In this document: one piece after another, positions 50,851 to 64,000 of the stretch | Layout of the letters: each line of letters starts with the position of its first letter | Position numbering within the stretch: the stretch's first letter is position 1 | DNA from: Vicugna vicugna | Lineage: Eukaryota | Direction: 5' to 3' | DNA length: 64,000 bases | Assembly: GCA_013265495.1 (NCBI GenBank) | Contig: MU058718.1 | Location: 496,001 to 560,000, forward strand | The notes under the pieces: generated by a model | Seen by the model: the letters and a program-made list of their open reading frames with translations, nothing else | Databases searched by the model: none | What the model was told of the DNA's origin: nothing | Program-made: the position numbers and the translations under genes

Positions 50851-53800
50851 AGCTGATTGGCCCTGAAGGACAGCTGGTCCCTCTGGCAAGGCGTGCCCTG
50901 TGCAACCGGCAGCCACGCCCCTGCTCCCTGTCGTCTTACAGCTGCTGCTACCCTTTCTGTGCCCAGTCTCCTCATTTGAAAGTAGGAATAGTGTCCATCG
51001 AGGGTTTAAAAACGTTTGCTATTATTACTGTTATTGTTGTTGTTACTAGCTGACTGTTCTTATGGGGCTTGGAGTTTGCAGTTCTTGCAAAGAGGATTCC
51101 AGAAAGTCGGAAGAGGATTCTAACAGTGGTTGAGAGGCGAGTGGAGCTTCCCCTAGTAAACAACGGCACCAAACCAGAAAGCAGGAGGGGAGGCAGCCCA
51201 GCTCCCAGACACTTAGAAAACTGTGTCCGCCTGAGTGCTATCAGCCCCACAGATCAGGGTTCATCTCTTTTCTTCCGCAGAGCTCGGCACAGTAGCCTTG
51301 ATCACCCAGTGACTCATCTAATAGCCCCGTGAGTTTGCCCAGTTTGCAGCATCACAAATCACATTTGCAGCCTCCTTATCAGGCAAGCTAGGAAATTAAA
51401 CCTAAAGGGCTACGGTGTTGCTAAGTAATATGGCTGCGTACACAGACACCCGAGGCTCAGACCATCACAACCCCATTAAAGCATCATTTCCCACTGTGGC
51501 TAATAAGGTTTGAAACATTCAAAGGAAACCTGCTGTTCTTTTTTAAGGTCAGAAAGGTGGGTAACTTGGTTATAAGCAAGAGATAGAATTTCCCTTCCTA
51601 GATGCGAGGGGTGTGCACGCAGGGGTGCTGGGGTCCACAGTCTGAGGGCCAATAGAAGGTGGAGGATGAGGGAATATTGGAGACAGCCATCTTGCCCTCC
51701 TGGACCCCTCTGCCCTGGGCCTCGAGGGCCTGGTGAAATCCACCTTTGTCCTGCGCCCAGAACCTGGCCCGCTGGAGGGTGTCTGCCCAGTGGCTGGTGG
51801 CTTCCCTCTGCCTGTGGATGCTTGGGCGGTAGGGGGCGGTGGGCATGAGGTGGTGGGTGTGGTTGCAGTGATTTCTCCCTCAGAGCGGTTTTTCCTTCAG
51901 GGAGCTTTTTCTCTTTTTACGATGAGCAGAGATACCAGCTCATGGGATGCTTGGGCAGCTGAGCTTGGGGCTGGGCTGGGAGGGTAAAGTCCCTTCTCTT
52001 AAATTTGTTTTAAATCACATCTTCTCCACAATGCTCCAGAATGTATTTTTCAAGACTCCTTCAGATAAGTTGGTCCTCTTGGGATTTCTGGTTGCTGAGA
52101 AGAGGGTGGGGCTTATAGACCCCCTGGAGGGAGATGCTTGCAACACAGAAGATGCAGTCAGATCTGAGTTCTACCTCCAGTAGCTCTTGATAATCTGGCC
52201 TAGCCCGTCCCGATCTTCACTTAACAGAAGAAAGTAGCGGAGAATTCCTTCTGGCATGTGTTGTGTGACAGGAGACTTGGCTGTGCCCAGGGCGGGGTCA
52301 AAAACTTTTAGATGGGGGATGTCCCCCAATCAAACTTCCCATAAGGATGCATTCATTCTTTCTACTTTTTTGGCCAGCTGCATGCTTGGAGCCACCTCCC
52401 TGGGCACGAGACATGCTTCCCTACAACCAGGCTACCCCCTGGGGGCTACCTGGGCTGGCATTGGTCTTACTGTGTTTCCAGCATCCCTGTATCCCACCTC
52501 CCATATTGTAACAGGAAGCACTTGACCAAGCAGGGGTCAGATTTCAGTTCAGTCTTTTAACAAACAGTTGAATTTAGACTTTGACATTCAATCGTTAACA
52601 TCCAGTTTTATAGTGCTTTTGCAAACCTTGTGTGGCTGTGAGCTGTGATTTGTTTCTTGTGAGTGTGCTGTGGCTCTTGGGTCTCACTGGTTAGTTCTTG
52701 TGGAACTTTTTGCCAACTGTTTCCACTACTAATTGGCTACTTAATAAATTAAATCAAGAGCTGCATATTTATCCCCTCTCCCACAATTTCCATGGAAGAA
52801 AATGCTGGCTGTGTTTAAACAGCACCCATTTTATTTATCTGGAATTTGGACACTTGCTTGGTTGAATATGTGCATTTCCTTGGATGGTTCCTTTATGACT
52901 TCTGTTGATCTTGCTGCTGGAAAGACTTCCAAAGTGTGAGCTGGCTCTAAGCTGAGTATCTCCATAGCCCTGCTGATCATCTGCTGGATGACTGGCTGAG
53001 TTGCTAAGCCCATATATCTGCCTGTCTATGTACTTCGTATTTCTGAGACTGTCAACTCCAGCTGGATTTCTTGGGCTGGTATAGAGACAAGGGGAAGGGG
53101 AACAGAGACCACTGTCCCCACTGTCAGAGTGTCAGGGAAGGACGAGAACAGCTTTAGGGCATCTTGATTCTCTGAGAACCTCAAAAGATAGTGGCACCTT
53201 GGTGCAGCAGCTGTGCACCCTTGGGACAGTCCCACCTCAGTCAGAATTGCTGCCATACGTATGTGTGTATATATATATACATACATACACACACATGCAC
53301 TCACACTTGCATGGTTATATATATAATTTTTTAAAATGGGATCATACTATTTTGAAACCTGTTTTTCCCATTTAACATTGTATTATAAACATTTCTCCAT
53401 GTCATCAAATTACTCTACATCATCATTTTGATTGCCTATCATTTATGATATTAAAAATGGTCTGGTTTATTTAACCAGTTCCCCATTATGTGAACTTTAG
53501 GTTGATACCAGTATATATAAATTTGCCATTATAATCATTGCTATAACGAACATTTTGAGGTTTCCGATTTATGTCAAAGTTTAGCACATTTTAAGAGACT
53601 TTGATTGATATTGCTAAATTATTCTCCTGGAGGTACATACTTCTGACCAGCTGTGTATAAGATGCCTTTTTATTGCAATTTAAAATATACTTGTCAATTT
53701 CATAGGTGAAAAACGAGCATCTCCTTGTTAATTTTAACATCTTGGATTCCGTGAGGTTAAACATTCTCCTCGCGGTTAATTGGCTGGCTGAGGTATCTTG

Positions 53801-56229
53801 TGCTCCCCTGCTTCCAGACGATGGAATTTAAGTGTCATTAGTTATCACTTAGCAAGATGAAATTGGGGCATGCTGCCAGGGAGCTGCGGGCAGTTAAAGT
53901 AGTTGCTATTAGCCTTCAGAGCTTAAAACCAATCTTCCTAAGTGTCTGTTTTCAATCATTCCTGAGTGGGCCTTCTAAACTGAGGGCAGAACTGGATGGA
54001 GCATGACGTGGGATGCACGAGGCTTGGGGTGGCTTCAGGATGCAGACAGGGTGCCTGGCTAACTAACAGATTGATTTTCTACACCTCCAGTCTCTCCCCC
54101 TTTCCTTTCCCTCATTAGTGCCGAAAATCTTATATTGAAAATCTTTCATTGTGTTTTGTGATGTTTGTTTCCTTAATGATGGGGTAACTAGAGTGTCTGG
54201 GGCCAGGGTTGATATTTTGAGCCTGAGGCTGGCGGACAATCTGTCGAGTAGGTAGTTTAGGGCCAGCTGTGCACAGACGCCAGGCTCCTAGTATTTCTAG
54301 GTCTGCAGGTTCGCAGGATCAGGTAAAGGAGAGAGGCCACAGCAGGGAAGCCAGATTTGGGAGGTGATGCTGTGGGTATGTGATACGCTCTGAATCAGAG
54401 CTGTCACCTGTGGCATGGCACGTGCAGCCCTGTGGTGATGTGGCTGGGGCTCTGAGTAGTAGCGGGTGCTCTGTGCTCTCTTCATGACACAAAAATGGCT
54501 TCAGTGCAACTTCTTCCAGTTAGAAGGTCCGGGGACGGACCTGAATGGCAAAATCATGAGGCGTTTTGCCCCCAGGTCGGATAACTGAGTTTAGGAGGAG
54601 AAAGGCAAAGGCTGCAGTGAAGGCCTGGGAGGCAGGGAAGTCGGGGGGATTCTGGCTTCCCTCCAGCGGAAGCAGGTGTGTGAGCTGTGAAGGCTGGACT
54701 AGAACGGCCCCTCCATCACCCCAGACTGGCAGGTGCTCCCAGAAGAGCCGCTGAGGTGTGAGAGAAACTGCATCATTACCTGGAATATGGGAAAGAGGAT
54801 GGAGGTTTGATGTATAATTTCCTGTCCTCAGAATCTCATAGAGTCATAAATAAGCTTGGAGAGGCAGCCGGTAGGAGAACTAAACATGAATGCCCATCAT
54901 TTCTAGGCGGTGGAAACTGAGAGGAATTAAAATTGCACCTTTCGCATTGGGTTACGCCTTTGAAGTAATCAGCTGAAGCTGTCATCAGCAGACATAAAGG
55001 GCCCTACAAGGTGACATAATGCCATGGGGATGAGGACTTTCCACCATGAGAAAGCAGCTTTGGCATAGGTGAGCTCTGAACTCCTCTGGGGTGAAAATCC
55101 TGGATTCTCCCTGGTTCTTTGAGAGTTAGAGGCTAAGAATATCAGAGCATCACGACAGGGCTGTCTATCAGCCATCCTTGCTTGGGGGACTTGGGGGCTA
55201 CTGGTGTTGAGAGCACAGAGGAGAGCACTTGGGAGGGGTCGGTGGCACAGTGTTGGCAGCCACGGAGAGCAGAGCTGTCTCTTGGAAGAACCCTGAGGCA
55301 TTTGGTTGAACTTAGCGGTGTGCCGGCATTTATTATTAATCACGGTGAAACCACTTTGTGTTTTTCACAGTGCTTTCTTGTAGATCTGACTTGACCCTCC
55401 CAATATAAAATATCTTCCACAGGTTTATTGAATTTCAGTTTTTCAGTCAGTATTTGGACAACTGCTCGGCCTCATGCGAGGGGCAGTTTTATAACAGGTG
55501 TTTTCCAAGCCACGGCAGTGCCTGTTTTAGGAGTCTGGCCTGGACCCCCAGTCCTGACGGTGGGCCGCATCCAGTAGACTGAAGATCGCAGAGTCAGACC
55601 ACAGCAGACGCCACTGGAGGCTTAGCTCCCTCTCTGCCTTGGAGGCACTGAGGCTTTATTTTCTGCCCCAGGATCTGCGTGTAACTAGAGTGGAGACCCT
55701 TTCACCTGAGAGCTGCTGTCTTTGCTGCATGATTTTTTTTGGCAGGTTATTTAAGCTCTTCGGGACTTAGTTCTCATTTGTAAAATGATGTAATAATAGT
55801 AGTGTGAAGATTAACTGAGTTAACACCTTAAAAAACAAGAGCACTTAGGCCAGGGACTTTGCACTCAGTGCACACTAACCATTATGATGAAAATGAGGGT
55901 GACAGTGGTAGTCACGACCATGGATATTGGATCTCACAGATGGAGGAGCCTAGGGTCCTTAGGCAGTTTCCCTGTCTCCCAGCAAAGTTCGACAAATCCT
56001 CACATTACACATTCATGGCCCTGCCAGGGATGTGGTGAAGAGCAAGAGGGGAAGGGGCGATTGTTATGTCTTCTGTAAAGGGCTGGTGGAAAAATAACAC
56101 AGACCTGTGAATTTATGAAATAAGGTCAAATAGGGAGCTTGACCTGGAGAATTTCATGAATCTTTTCAACTACACTGAAGGCAGCAGAGAAGTGACTTCT
56201 CACGTGGGACCTGAAGAACTGGGAAAGCA

Positions 56230-56400
56230 GATGCTGTCCTCTAACTCTGAGCTTGGCTACTTATCAGCTGTGTGATCTTGGGCAATGACTTAACCTCTCT
56301 GAGATTCAGTTTTCTCATTTGTAAAATGAGAATAATACATTACAGGGTTGTTGGAATTGCTAAATCAGATGATTATCTAGAGTTCTTAGCTAGTTAAGTT
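56230..56400. mobile_element. MIR SINE (other MIR remnants near 110-215, 9360-9560, 39770-39890, 55700-55880, 61740-61880, 63070-63340)
   Basis: MIR core agctgtgtgatcttgggcaatgacttaacctctctgag..tcagttttctcatttgtaaaatgag. Confidence 0.8.
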
Positions 56401-56436
56401 CTTGGAACCTGGTGAGGCCTCACTAAAAGCCAGTTA

Positions 56437-58000
56437 CCTCCCAAGGACACAAAGATGGTTTAATATACACAAATCAATCAACCTAATACACCACATCAAC
56501 AAAAGGACAGACAAAAATTACAAGGTCATCTCAATAGATGCAGAAAAAGCATTTGATAAAATTAAACATCCATTTATGATAATAAAACTCCCAAAGTGGG
56601 TATAGAGGGAACATATCTCAATATAATAAAAGTTATTTATGACAAACCCACAGTAAACATAATACTCAACAGTGAAAAACTGAAAGACTTCCCACTAAAA
56701 TCTGGAATAAGACAAGGATGCCCACTCTCACCACTTCTATTCAGCAAGTGGGGTTGGGAAAACTGGACTACATGTAAATCAATGAATTTAGAACACTCCC
56801 ACACACCATACACAAAGATAAACTCAAAATGGCTTAAAGACTTAAATATAAGACAAGACATGATAAACTTCCTAGAAGAAAACATAGGCAAAACATTCTC
56901 CGACATAAATCTTAGCAGTTCTCCTAGGGCAGTCGACCCAGGCAATAGAAATGAAAGCAAAAATACACAAATGGGACCTAATTAAACTTACAAGCTTTTG
57001 CACAGCAAAGGAAAACATAAGTGAAACAAAATGACAACCTATGGAATGGGAGAAAGTATTTGCAAAGATGTGACTGACAAAGGTTTAATTTCCAGAATAT
57101 ATAAACAGCTCATACAACTTAATAACAAACAAACCCAATCCAAAAATGGGCAGAAGATCTAAATAAGCAATTCTCTAATGAAGACATACAAATGGTCAAT
57201 AGGCACATGAAAAAATGCTCAAAATCACTACCAGAGAAAAGCAAATCAAAACTACGATGAGGTTTCACCTCACACCAGTCAGAATGGCCGTCACTGAAAA
57301 GTCCACGAACGATAAATGCTGGAGAAAGTGTGGAGAAAAGGGAACTCTCCCACACTGCTGGTAGGAATGTAGTTTGGTGCAGCCACTATGGAGAACGGTA
57401 TGGAGATTTCTCATAAAACTAAAAACAGACTTACCATATGATCCAGCAATCCCACTCCTGAGCATATATCAGAAGGGAACTTTAATTCGAAAAGATACAT
57501 GCACCCCCAATGTTCATAGCAGCACTATATACAATAGCCAAGACATAGAAGCAACTTAAATGTCCATCATCAGATGACCAGATAAAGCAGCTGTGGTATA
57601 TTTATACAATGGAATACTACTCAGCCATAAAAAAGAATAAAATAATGCCATTTGCAGCAAGATGGATAGACCTAGAGATCATCATTCTAAGTGAATCCAG
57701 AAAGAGAAAGAAAAATATCATATATCACTCATATGTGCAATCTTAAAAAAAAAGAATAGGGAAAAAGAAAAACAGAGGACACTAATGAACTCATCTACAA
57801 AACAGAAAGACTCCCAGACCTAGTAAACAATCTTACGGTTACCAAGGGAATGGAGCTGGGAAGGGATAAATTTGTGAGTTTGAGACTTGCAAATGCTAAC
57901 CACTATATATAAAAATAGACAAAATTTTCTTCTGTATAGTACAGGGAACTATATTCAATATCTTGTAATAACCTTTAATGAAAAAGAATATGAAAACAAA
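56437..58000 (+). mobile_element. LINE-1, 5'-truncated, internally deleted and with a shortened 3' end
   Basis: ORF2 RT segments ([39 protein letters not shown]). TSD AAAAGCCAGTTA (56425-56436) / AAAAGCCAATTA (58001-58012). Confidence 0.95.
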
Positions 58001-61000
58001 AAAAGCCAATTATCATGCTGGTTGTTGTGTTTATGATAAATGCTTATTATTCTAAGCTACCTTACAGCTTACAATTTACAACTTGGGAGCTGGTTACTTT
58101 CACAGCTGGGCTTGTAATGTGACGGTCCTCTCTCTCACCTTGAAAGATGTTAATACGCTCAGGAGTTCCCCCACCTTGGCTGGACCTGACCCTCTGGGCT
58201 TGGTGGTTGTCCATGTGAAGATGGGGAGAAGGTACTCCCCACCTGGTTGCACACGGGCTGGGTTCAAGGCATCCTGCTTCTGCTTGGGTCAGAAATTGGG
58301 AATGGCTCTCAGCTCCTATTGGGTGATAAGAACTTCCGAGGATTTTTGAGGTGTCCAGACTCAAATCTTTCTCATCACTGACTTCTTCTGCAGGGCAAAT
58401 ACGTCAGAGTACAATGGCAGGATTCCATTGTAGGTATGTGCTTAACTTTTTAAGAAACCGCCAACTCTTTTCCAACCCAGTTGTCCCATTCAATGTCCCC
58501 ACCAGTCCCAGTGGTACAGTCTCTCCGGCCATATTTTCTAGTCTTCCCCATATATCAAAGTCAGTTCTTTTTAAACTTGAAATTATTTTTTTTAAGAAGC
58601 AGAATCTTAAAAAACTTTAAAAAATAAAACAGATCATACCTACACTCCTCAATAAATAAAGCAGACAAGGAGACGGAAGCTTTGATTAAAGCCCTGGGGA
58701 GCCCAGAGAGATGACCCTGCTCTCGGTTACGAGGGCGAGTCGGCTTTTGTCAGCCTGAACTTTCACTTGAGTTCTGAGCCGGCCAGAGGAACTGTAAGCG
58801 ATACTGGCCAGGTCCGGGCTGCCGGCATCTCTGCCCCCGCAGGGCGGTCCAGGCTGGCGGCAGAGGCCGAGGCCCTTGGGAGCAGCAGCCTGGCTGTGGG
58901 GCTGATGTTTTCTGCCGACTGGGATCCGTCCTTCCACCAGCACCGTGTGTCAGTTCAGCTTGCTCCATCTCCAAGACAAGTATCAGAAGCTGGGCGACTC
59001 CAGATACCAGGAACAAAGAAACAAATTGGGAACATCGCGTGCAAAAAAGATTTTAATAAAGATTAAACTGGCTGCACGCGGAGATTCTGCCCCTCTTCTT
59101 ATTGTGATCTTGACGGTGATGCGGGACCAGCTGGGAAACTGCTGAGCCCGAGGCGGTTCATAGTCCTGGCACTGACGCCTCCGAGAGGAGCCTGAGTGGC
59201 GGCTGACCACAGACTGAGGGGCCTTTGCAGGGAATCCAGGGAGACCCGGGGGCGGGCGGCGCCTCCCAGCGCCCACTGGCTCAGGGCCCTGATCCTGAGG
59301 TTTCCCTGTTTCCCGGAGTGCCTGTGAGGACAGATGCCCGCGCCCTCAGCTTCTCTCAGCAAGCTGGGGTTGGGGCCAGGGCCTGATGAGCTGCATTTTC
59401 ACGCAGCTCTCTACATGCTCCCTCCTCGTTCTCCTTTTATCATGGAAACTTTTAAACATGTGCAAAAGATAGAATGTACCCACAGCTGGCTTCCACAGTT
59501 ACTGCAGTCTTGTTTCATTTCTACACCACCTCATGCCTCTCTGTATTTTGAATCAAGTCCCAGACAGCCTATTATTTCATCCATAGACAGGTCAGCACAG
59601 GTCATGTGGCTAAGAGAATTTTTTTTAAAAGACATAACTACAGTATCATTATCCCATCTAAAAACTGAGCAATGATTTATGGGTGTTTCTAAGGCAGAGT
59701 CAAGTGTGAGGGCTACAGTCCAAAGCCCTCGCTTCCCACTGGGAGAGCCCTTCCTCTGGGAGCAGGGGCCCCGCCGGACACGCTGGAGGTGGCTTGGCGT
59801 CTGGGGAGACGGCTAGCTGGAGCTCTGCTTCTGGAAACCCACACTCACAAGAGCAAACAGCGCAGTTAGGCTGATGACTTGCACTGTACAAGGGTCCCTG
59901 GCTATAAGGCCCGGGAACCGTGCAGTCTTGGGGTAGATGCCTTCTAGTTATTTTTCGAACAAATTTTGTATTTTGACATAAAGGGCAGCCGCTGTTGGGC
60001 TCCCTAGGGAATAGTCTCTGGGGGCTACCGGTATGATGTCACTCTGCTCCCTGACATGACCCAAGGTTTCAAATGCCCTGCAGAAAACCGGGGTTTGATT
60101 TGCGGCTCTGTCATTTAAAGGGCTGTGTAGTTTCCTTGTCTGCGTTACAAAGGTGACAAATTGCTCCAGTCAGCTGGCAGGGGTGTTTGCCTGAAGCAGT
60201 GACAGGAGCCGCTGTGCTGGGTGAGGGTGCCGGGAGGGGGTTGCGACGCTGGTCACGTGGCTTGCTCGCTGCCCACTCAGGAGCCTGTCCAGGCAGCTTT
60301 CCAGGCCCCACCTCTACTCCCAGATCTCCAGTCATGGTTTCTTCCAGGAGCTGAGTGGGAGCCAGCTGGGCTTCCCTGACACCCAAGGCTGGTGGGCAGT
60401 GTAGGCCCTGCTGGGACGCTGGCTTCACTCCTCTCCTTCTGGAACCCTTCACAGGTGTGGCGTGGATCTCCCTGGCTGGCTGTTTTCTGTGCCTCGCTGG
60501 TGAAGGTGTCCTTGTCCACACATCCCAGTCCCCTCAGAAGATTCCTTTGGCCTTGACTCACCAGGGGTCCCTCGCTTCCAGTGGGGCACAGAGAAGGAGA
60601 AAAGGGAGCTTTGCTGGTGAAGGAGGCTGCATGAGGGGGCAGAGAGATGCCAAGGTCTTCTCTTGCTGTCTCTTCTCAGAGGAGAATGCTGCTTTGCGGT
60701 AAGCATCCAGCAAGATGGGCTCATGCGGGTAGAACCTCGCGCCACGGGGCCAGAGTCCCAGTGGCTCCCCAGTTACAGAAGACGCTTCCTCTCTCAGCAG
60801 AGGCTGGCGTGTGTGCAGACCCTTGGAGAGCGGCCACAGGAGAGTCTGGTGACTCTGAAGGCCTGGGACAGAAGTCGCTTCTCTGCCTCCTTTTAGATGC
60901 TTGGGGAGACCAAAGTGCATCCCCAAAGGGTCTTGTCTGTCCAGGAGCTACTGCTACTTGTCTGTCCAGGGCTGGACATCCTGCCCCCAGAGCTGGGAAG

Positions 61001-62140
61001 ACTCCCCTCCTCCATGAACCCCGTGTTTCCAAGGCGTTCACGAGTCTCCTGGCACAGCTCCGGCAAAGGTGTCTGGTGCCTGCCCAGCGGGTCCCAGTCA
61101 TGACTTTGAGAGTCTGTCAAGGAGGGGCACACTATAGGGGAAACAATCTTTGCTTTGGAGTCAGGAGGCCCAGATTCCATTCCCTGCCAGTGGCGGGAGG
61201 CGGGAGGCTGGGGTCAGGTGGTACAATCACAATAGAGGGAAGTTTGGTGACACCTCTCAAAAGTCACAAATGCACACACATCCTTTGACCCAGCCATTCC
61301 ATGTGTGCAAAAGGGACAGACGTGCAAGGAGGTTCACTGTCGTGTACTTGTAATAGCAGGAGACCAGCAACTTCAAAATGCCCATCAGTGAGCAGTAACT
61401 TGTGCTTACTCCGTACAAAAGGCTCTTGAAAAGAATGAGGCAGCTCTGTGCCTTTACTGCTACAGAATAACCTTCAGTGATATTGTTGGGTGAAGGGGCA
61501 AGGTTGAGAATAGCACATAGCATGCTACCTTATGTACTTTTTAAAAAGGACTCCTTTTATGTGCACAGAATATGTGTGGACAAGTTACAAGAAACTAAAA
61601 ACTGAGGCTGCCACTGGGGTGGTGACCCGAGGGGATAGTGGTGGGAGAGAGATGTGTTTTTACCGTGAACTTCCTTGTAAGATTGACTTTTGTACCATTT
61701 GTATGCACTGGAAATGAATACATTTAAATAAAATCTCTGGCATTTATGAGCTGGGCAAGTCACTTACGTGCACTGAGTCTCATCTGTAAAATCCGTAAGA
61801 TTAAATTCACAGTGAGAACTAATGGATGAGAAGAGCCTTGTGCAGGATGTGGACATAACGGGGATTCAGTGAGAGGAGCTTCCACGATTGTTTATTGGTT
61901 ATATTTAAGTTGTTGCCATCCGAGTGCCAGGGCGGGGAGAACAACGCAGACTACAAGAGACGTGATGGGGAGGCTGGGAGTGCCTCGAGAGCAAGAATAG
62001 ACTCTTTCTCATCTTCGTCCTCTTCAAGGCACCTCCAGTGGGCAGAGAAATGTGTGCTGATACGCATCGTGCTGTTGATTCGAGTTGTGCTGTTGGGAGC
62101 TGCCTCCCCAGAGCACGGGCACAGGCAGCCGGGACGAGAC

Positions 62141-62160
62141 TGTTCACCAGAGGGCGCCAG
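62141..62160 (+). promoter_or_regulatory. Candidate CTCF site
   Basis: TGTTCACCAGAGGGCGCCAG closely matches the CTCF core CCACCAGRGGGCGC, in a CpG-retaining non-repeat context. Confidence 0.55.
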
Positions 62161-64000
62161 CTGCCGCGCTGCTTCCATGCTCATTTCTGGAACCACTTGG
62201 GCTGCCAGAATGTGACAGGAGATTTGTCAGGGGAAAGGTTTAAGGTGATCTTTTCTCCCTTGTTACGTCCACTGAACATGGTTTCAGTTTGGTTTCAGTT
62301 AGGCCTGGGGGATTCTAGTCACCACGGTGCTACAAGGAACTGGCACAACACATCTCAGGATGGAGGGTTTTTGTGTGTGTGTGCACGTGCCAGCGCACTG
62401 CACACGTCGGCTTGTAAGGTGCACGTGCATGTGCATGTGCATGAAGGATTCTGGGTTGTGAGTTCCAGGTTAGTTAGCATCCCCCTGGGGGGTGACTCTG
62501 CCCTGAAACCACCAAGCCGCCCTAGGCTTCTCTGCCCTGAGCAGTCAGAATGCCTTACATCCAAATCCCACCTTCCTACCCTGGACCACAGCCTCTCCCT
62601 GGCTCTGTTTCCCCCTCATTTCTCACCTCCCTGTGGCTTTAACTCTCTCTCCCCTGACAGGAGAAGGAAGGAATCCCCAAGACAATTCCGTGTCCCAGTT
62701 CATCACAATCTACAGGCTCTTCCCTCTGCAGGGTGACATCCCCCAGCCCTTGCTGATCGAGGCACTTAATAGGCAGTGTCAGCGCCCTCTGCCTCCATCT
62801 GCCTGCTCACAGCAGACACAGAGGGGCTAGAGGGCATTTTCTATGGCATCATCACGAGAGCTCACAGCTCCTGACATTTAGAACACGTCTCCAAGGCTAC
62901 AGCAGTGGTTGCACATTCTGAAGGGAATGAAGACATGGTCAGACCACAGGCTGCCTGGGTCTGTGGGTGCTTCTAGCTGGAAGAGTGTGCTGGAAATGGC
63001 TGTGAGTTCTGCCTTTGTAGTTTATGACTCATGCCATTGACTGATGACGAGGTGTGGACTTGAGGTTTGTAATAATGATGATATTAACCACTAACCCTCA
63101 AGAGTACGTCTTATGTGTCTGGCACTGTTCTAGGTACTTTGCATGCATCACTCATTTGATCCTCTGAACTCATCAGGTATTTAGTACCCCACATAGGGTA
63201 TTACCCCCATGTCACAGATGGAGAAACTGAGGCACTGAGAGTCAGAGCCGTTTACCCAAGGACACACAGCTGGTAAGCAGTGTAGCTGGGAACTGAACTC
63301 AGGAAATTGGCTCTGAATCCCCAGGGCTTTGAAGCTAGTCTTTTCAGTTTTGTAGCACTTTCTTCTAGGTGTCCAGATAGGGAGAAATCCCATTTTCAAG
63401 GTGAGAGAAGCCAGATTCCAAAATGGGCACAAAGCTTCCAGTTTCCTAGGATCTTGTCAGAGTCCTGGTCAAGGAATACCCCCTTCAGAATAAATATGAA
63501 AAGCAAAGCACTTGGAAATGTGCCTGAGTAGGGGTCTGGGGCACATCTGGGGAGCTGGAGGCCCTTTCCTGCTCAGGGGCCGAGGTCCCATGGGCCGCTT
63601 CTCTGAAGGGGCACCTGAGACCGCAGGAGGCAGCAGGAGAGGGGACACAGGAAGCAGCTCGTCCCTCTGGGGCTCCACGGGCTGCAGGGAGGGCGTGATT
63701 AAAGCTTCTCCGCTCCCCACACACCCAGTGGAAGTGGACAGGAGGCTGTCGTGGGCACTTCTGCTGCTCCAGCACCTGTTCCTTTTTCTTTTCTTGTTTG
63801 AGTCAGTCCCTCAAACAGTCAGGTGTGCTGGCTTCCTGCTGGCTCTCCACTGAACCCAGCCTTTGAATGGGAGACTGAGTCAGAGCAGCCTCAAACATGC
63901 CTGGAAGGTAAGGACTGCTGCTCATAAAGGCATTTTTTGTCGCATTAAATTCCCCTGCTTTGGAGTCTTTGAACCTGGAGTGATCCACAGGTTGCAGCCC

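Noticed and set aside
60647..62736. Long ORFs (213 aa at 60647-61288, 232 aa at 62038-62736) and other overlapping ORFs in the GC-rich tail
   Set aside because: No recognisable domain or exon structure. Many overlapping frames on both strands, as expected in GC-rich noncoding DNA.

Overview
This is mammalian genomic DNA, most likely camelid (camel, alpaca or llama), judging by a tRNA-Ala-derived vic-1-type SINE. The window holds exons 2-6 and the 3' UTR of GCH1 (GTP cyclohydrolase 1) on the + strand (11072 to about 32900). Exon 1 lies upstream of the window. About 31 kb of repeat-rich intergenic DNA follows. Nearly all entries in the ORF track are spurious or decayed L1/ERV fragments. The standout feature is in GCH1 intron 2: a ~4.5 kb L1-mediated retrocopy of an ERV1 LTR-initiated transcript (15772-20244, minus strand), nested inside a full-length antisense L1. 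It begins 30 nt downstream of the LTR TATA box and ends in a poly(A) tail. It contains two inverted LTR copies, and both carry dense A-to-G changes in transcript sense that are confined to the pairing region. This looks like an ADAR hyper-edited dsRNA written back into the genome. The editing also erased the poly(A) signal and TATA box of the 3' LTR. Other points are a polyadenylated 28S rRNA 3'-end retrocopy, GCH1 residues equivalent to human K224R and R249K, and miRNA seed sites downstream of a proximal poly(A) signal pair. All alignments were done by eye, and repeat family names are provisional.
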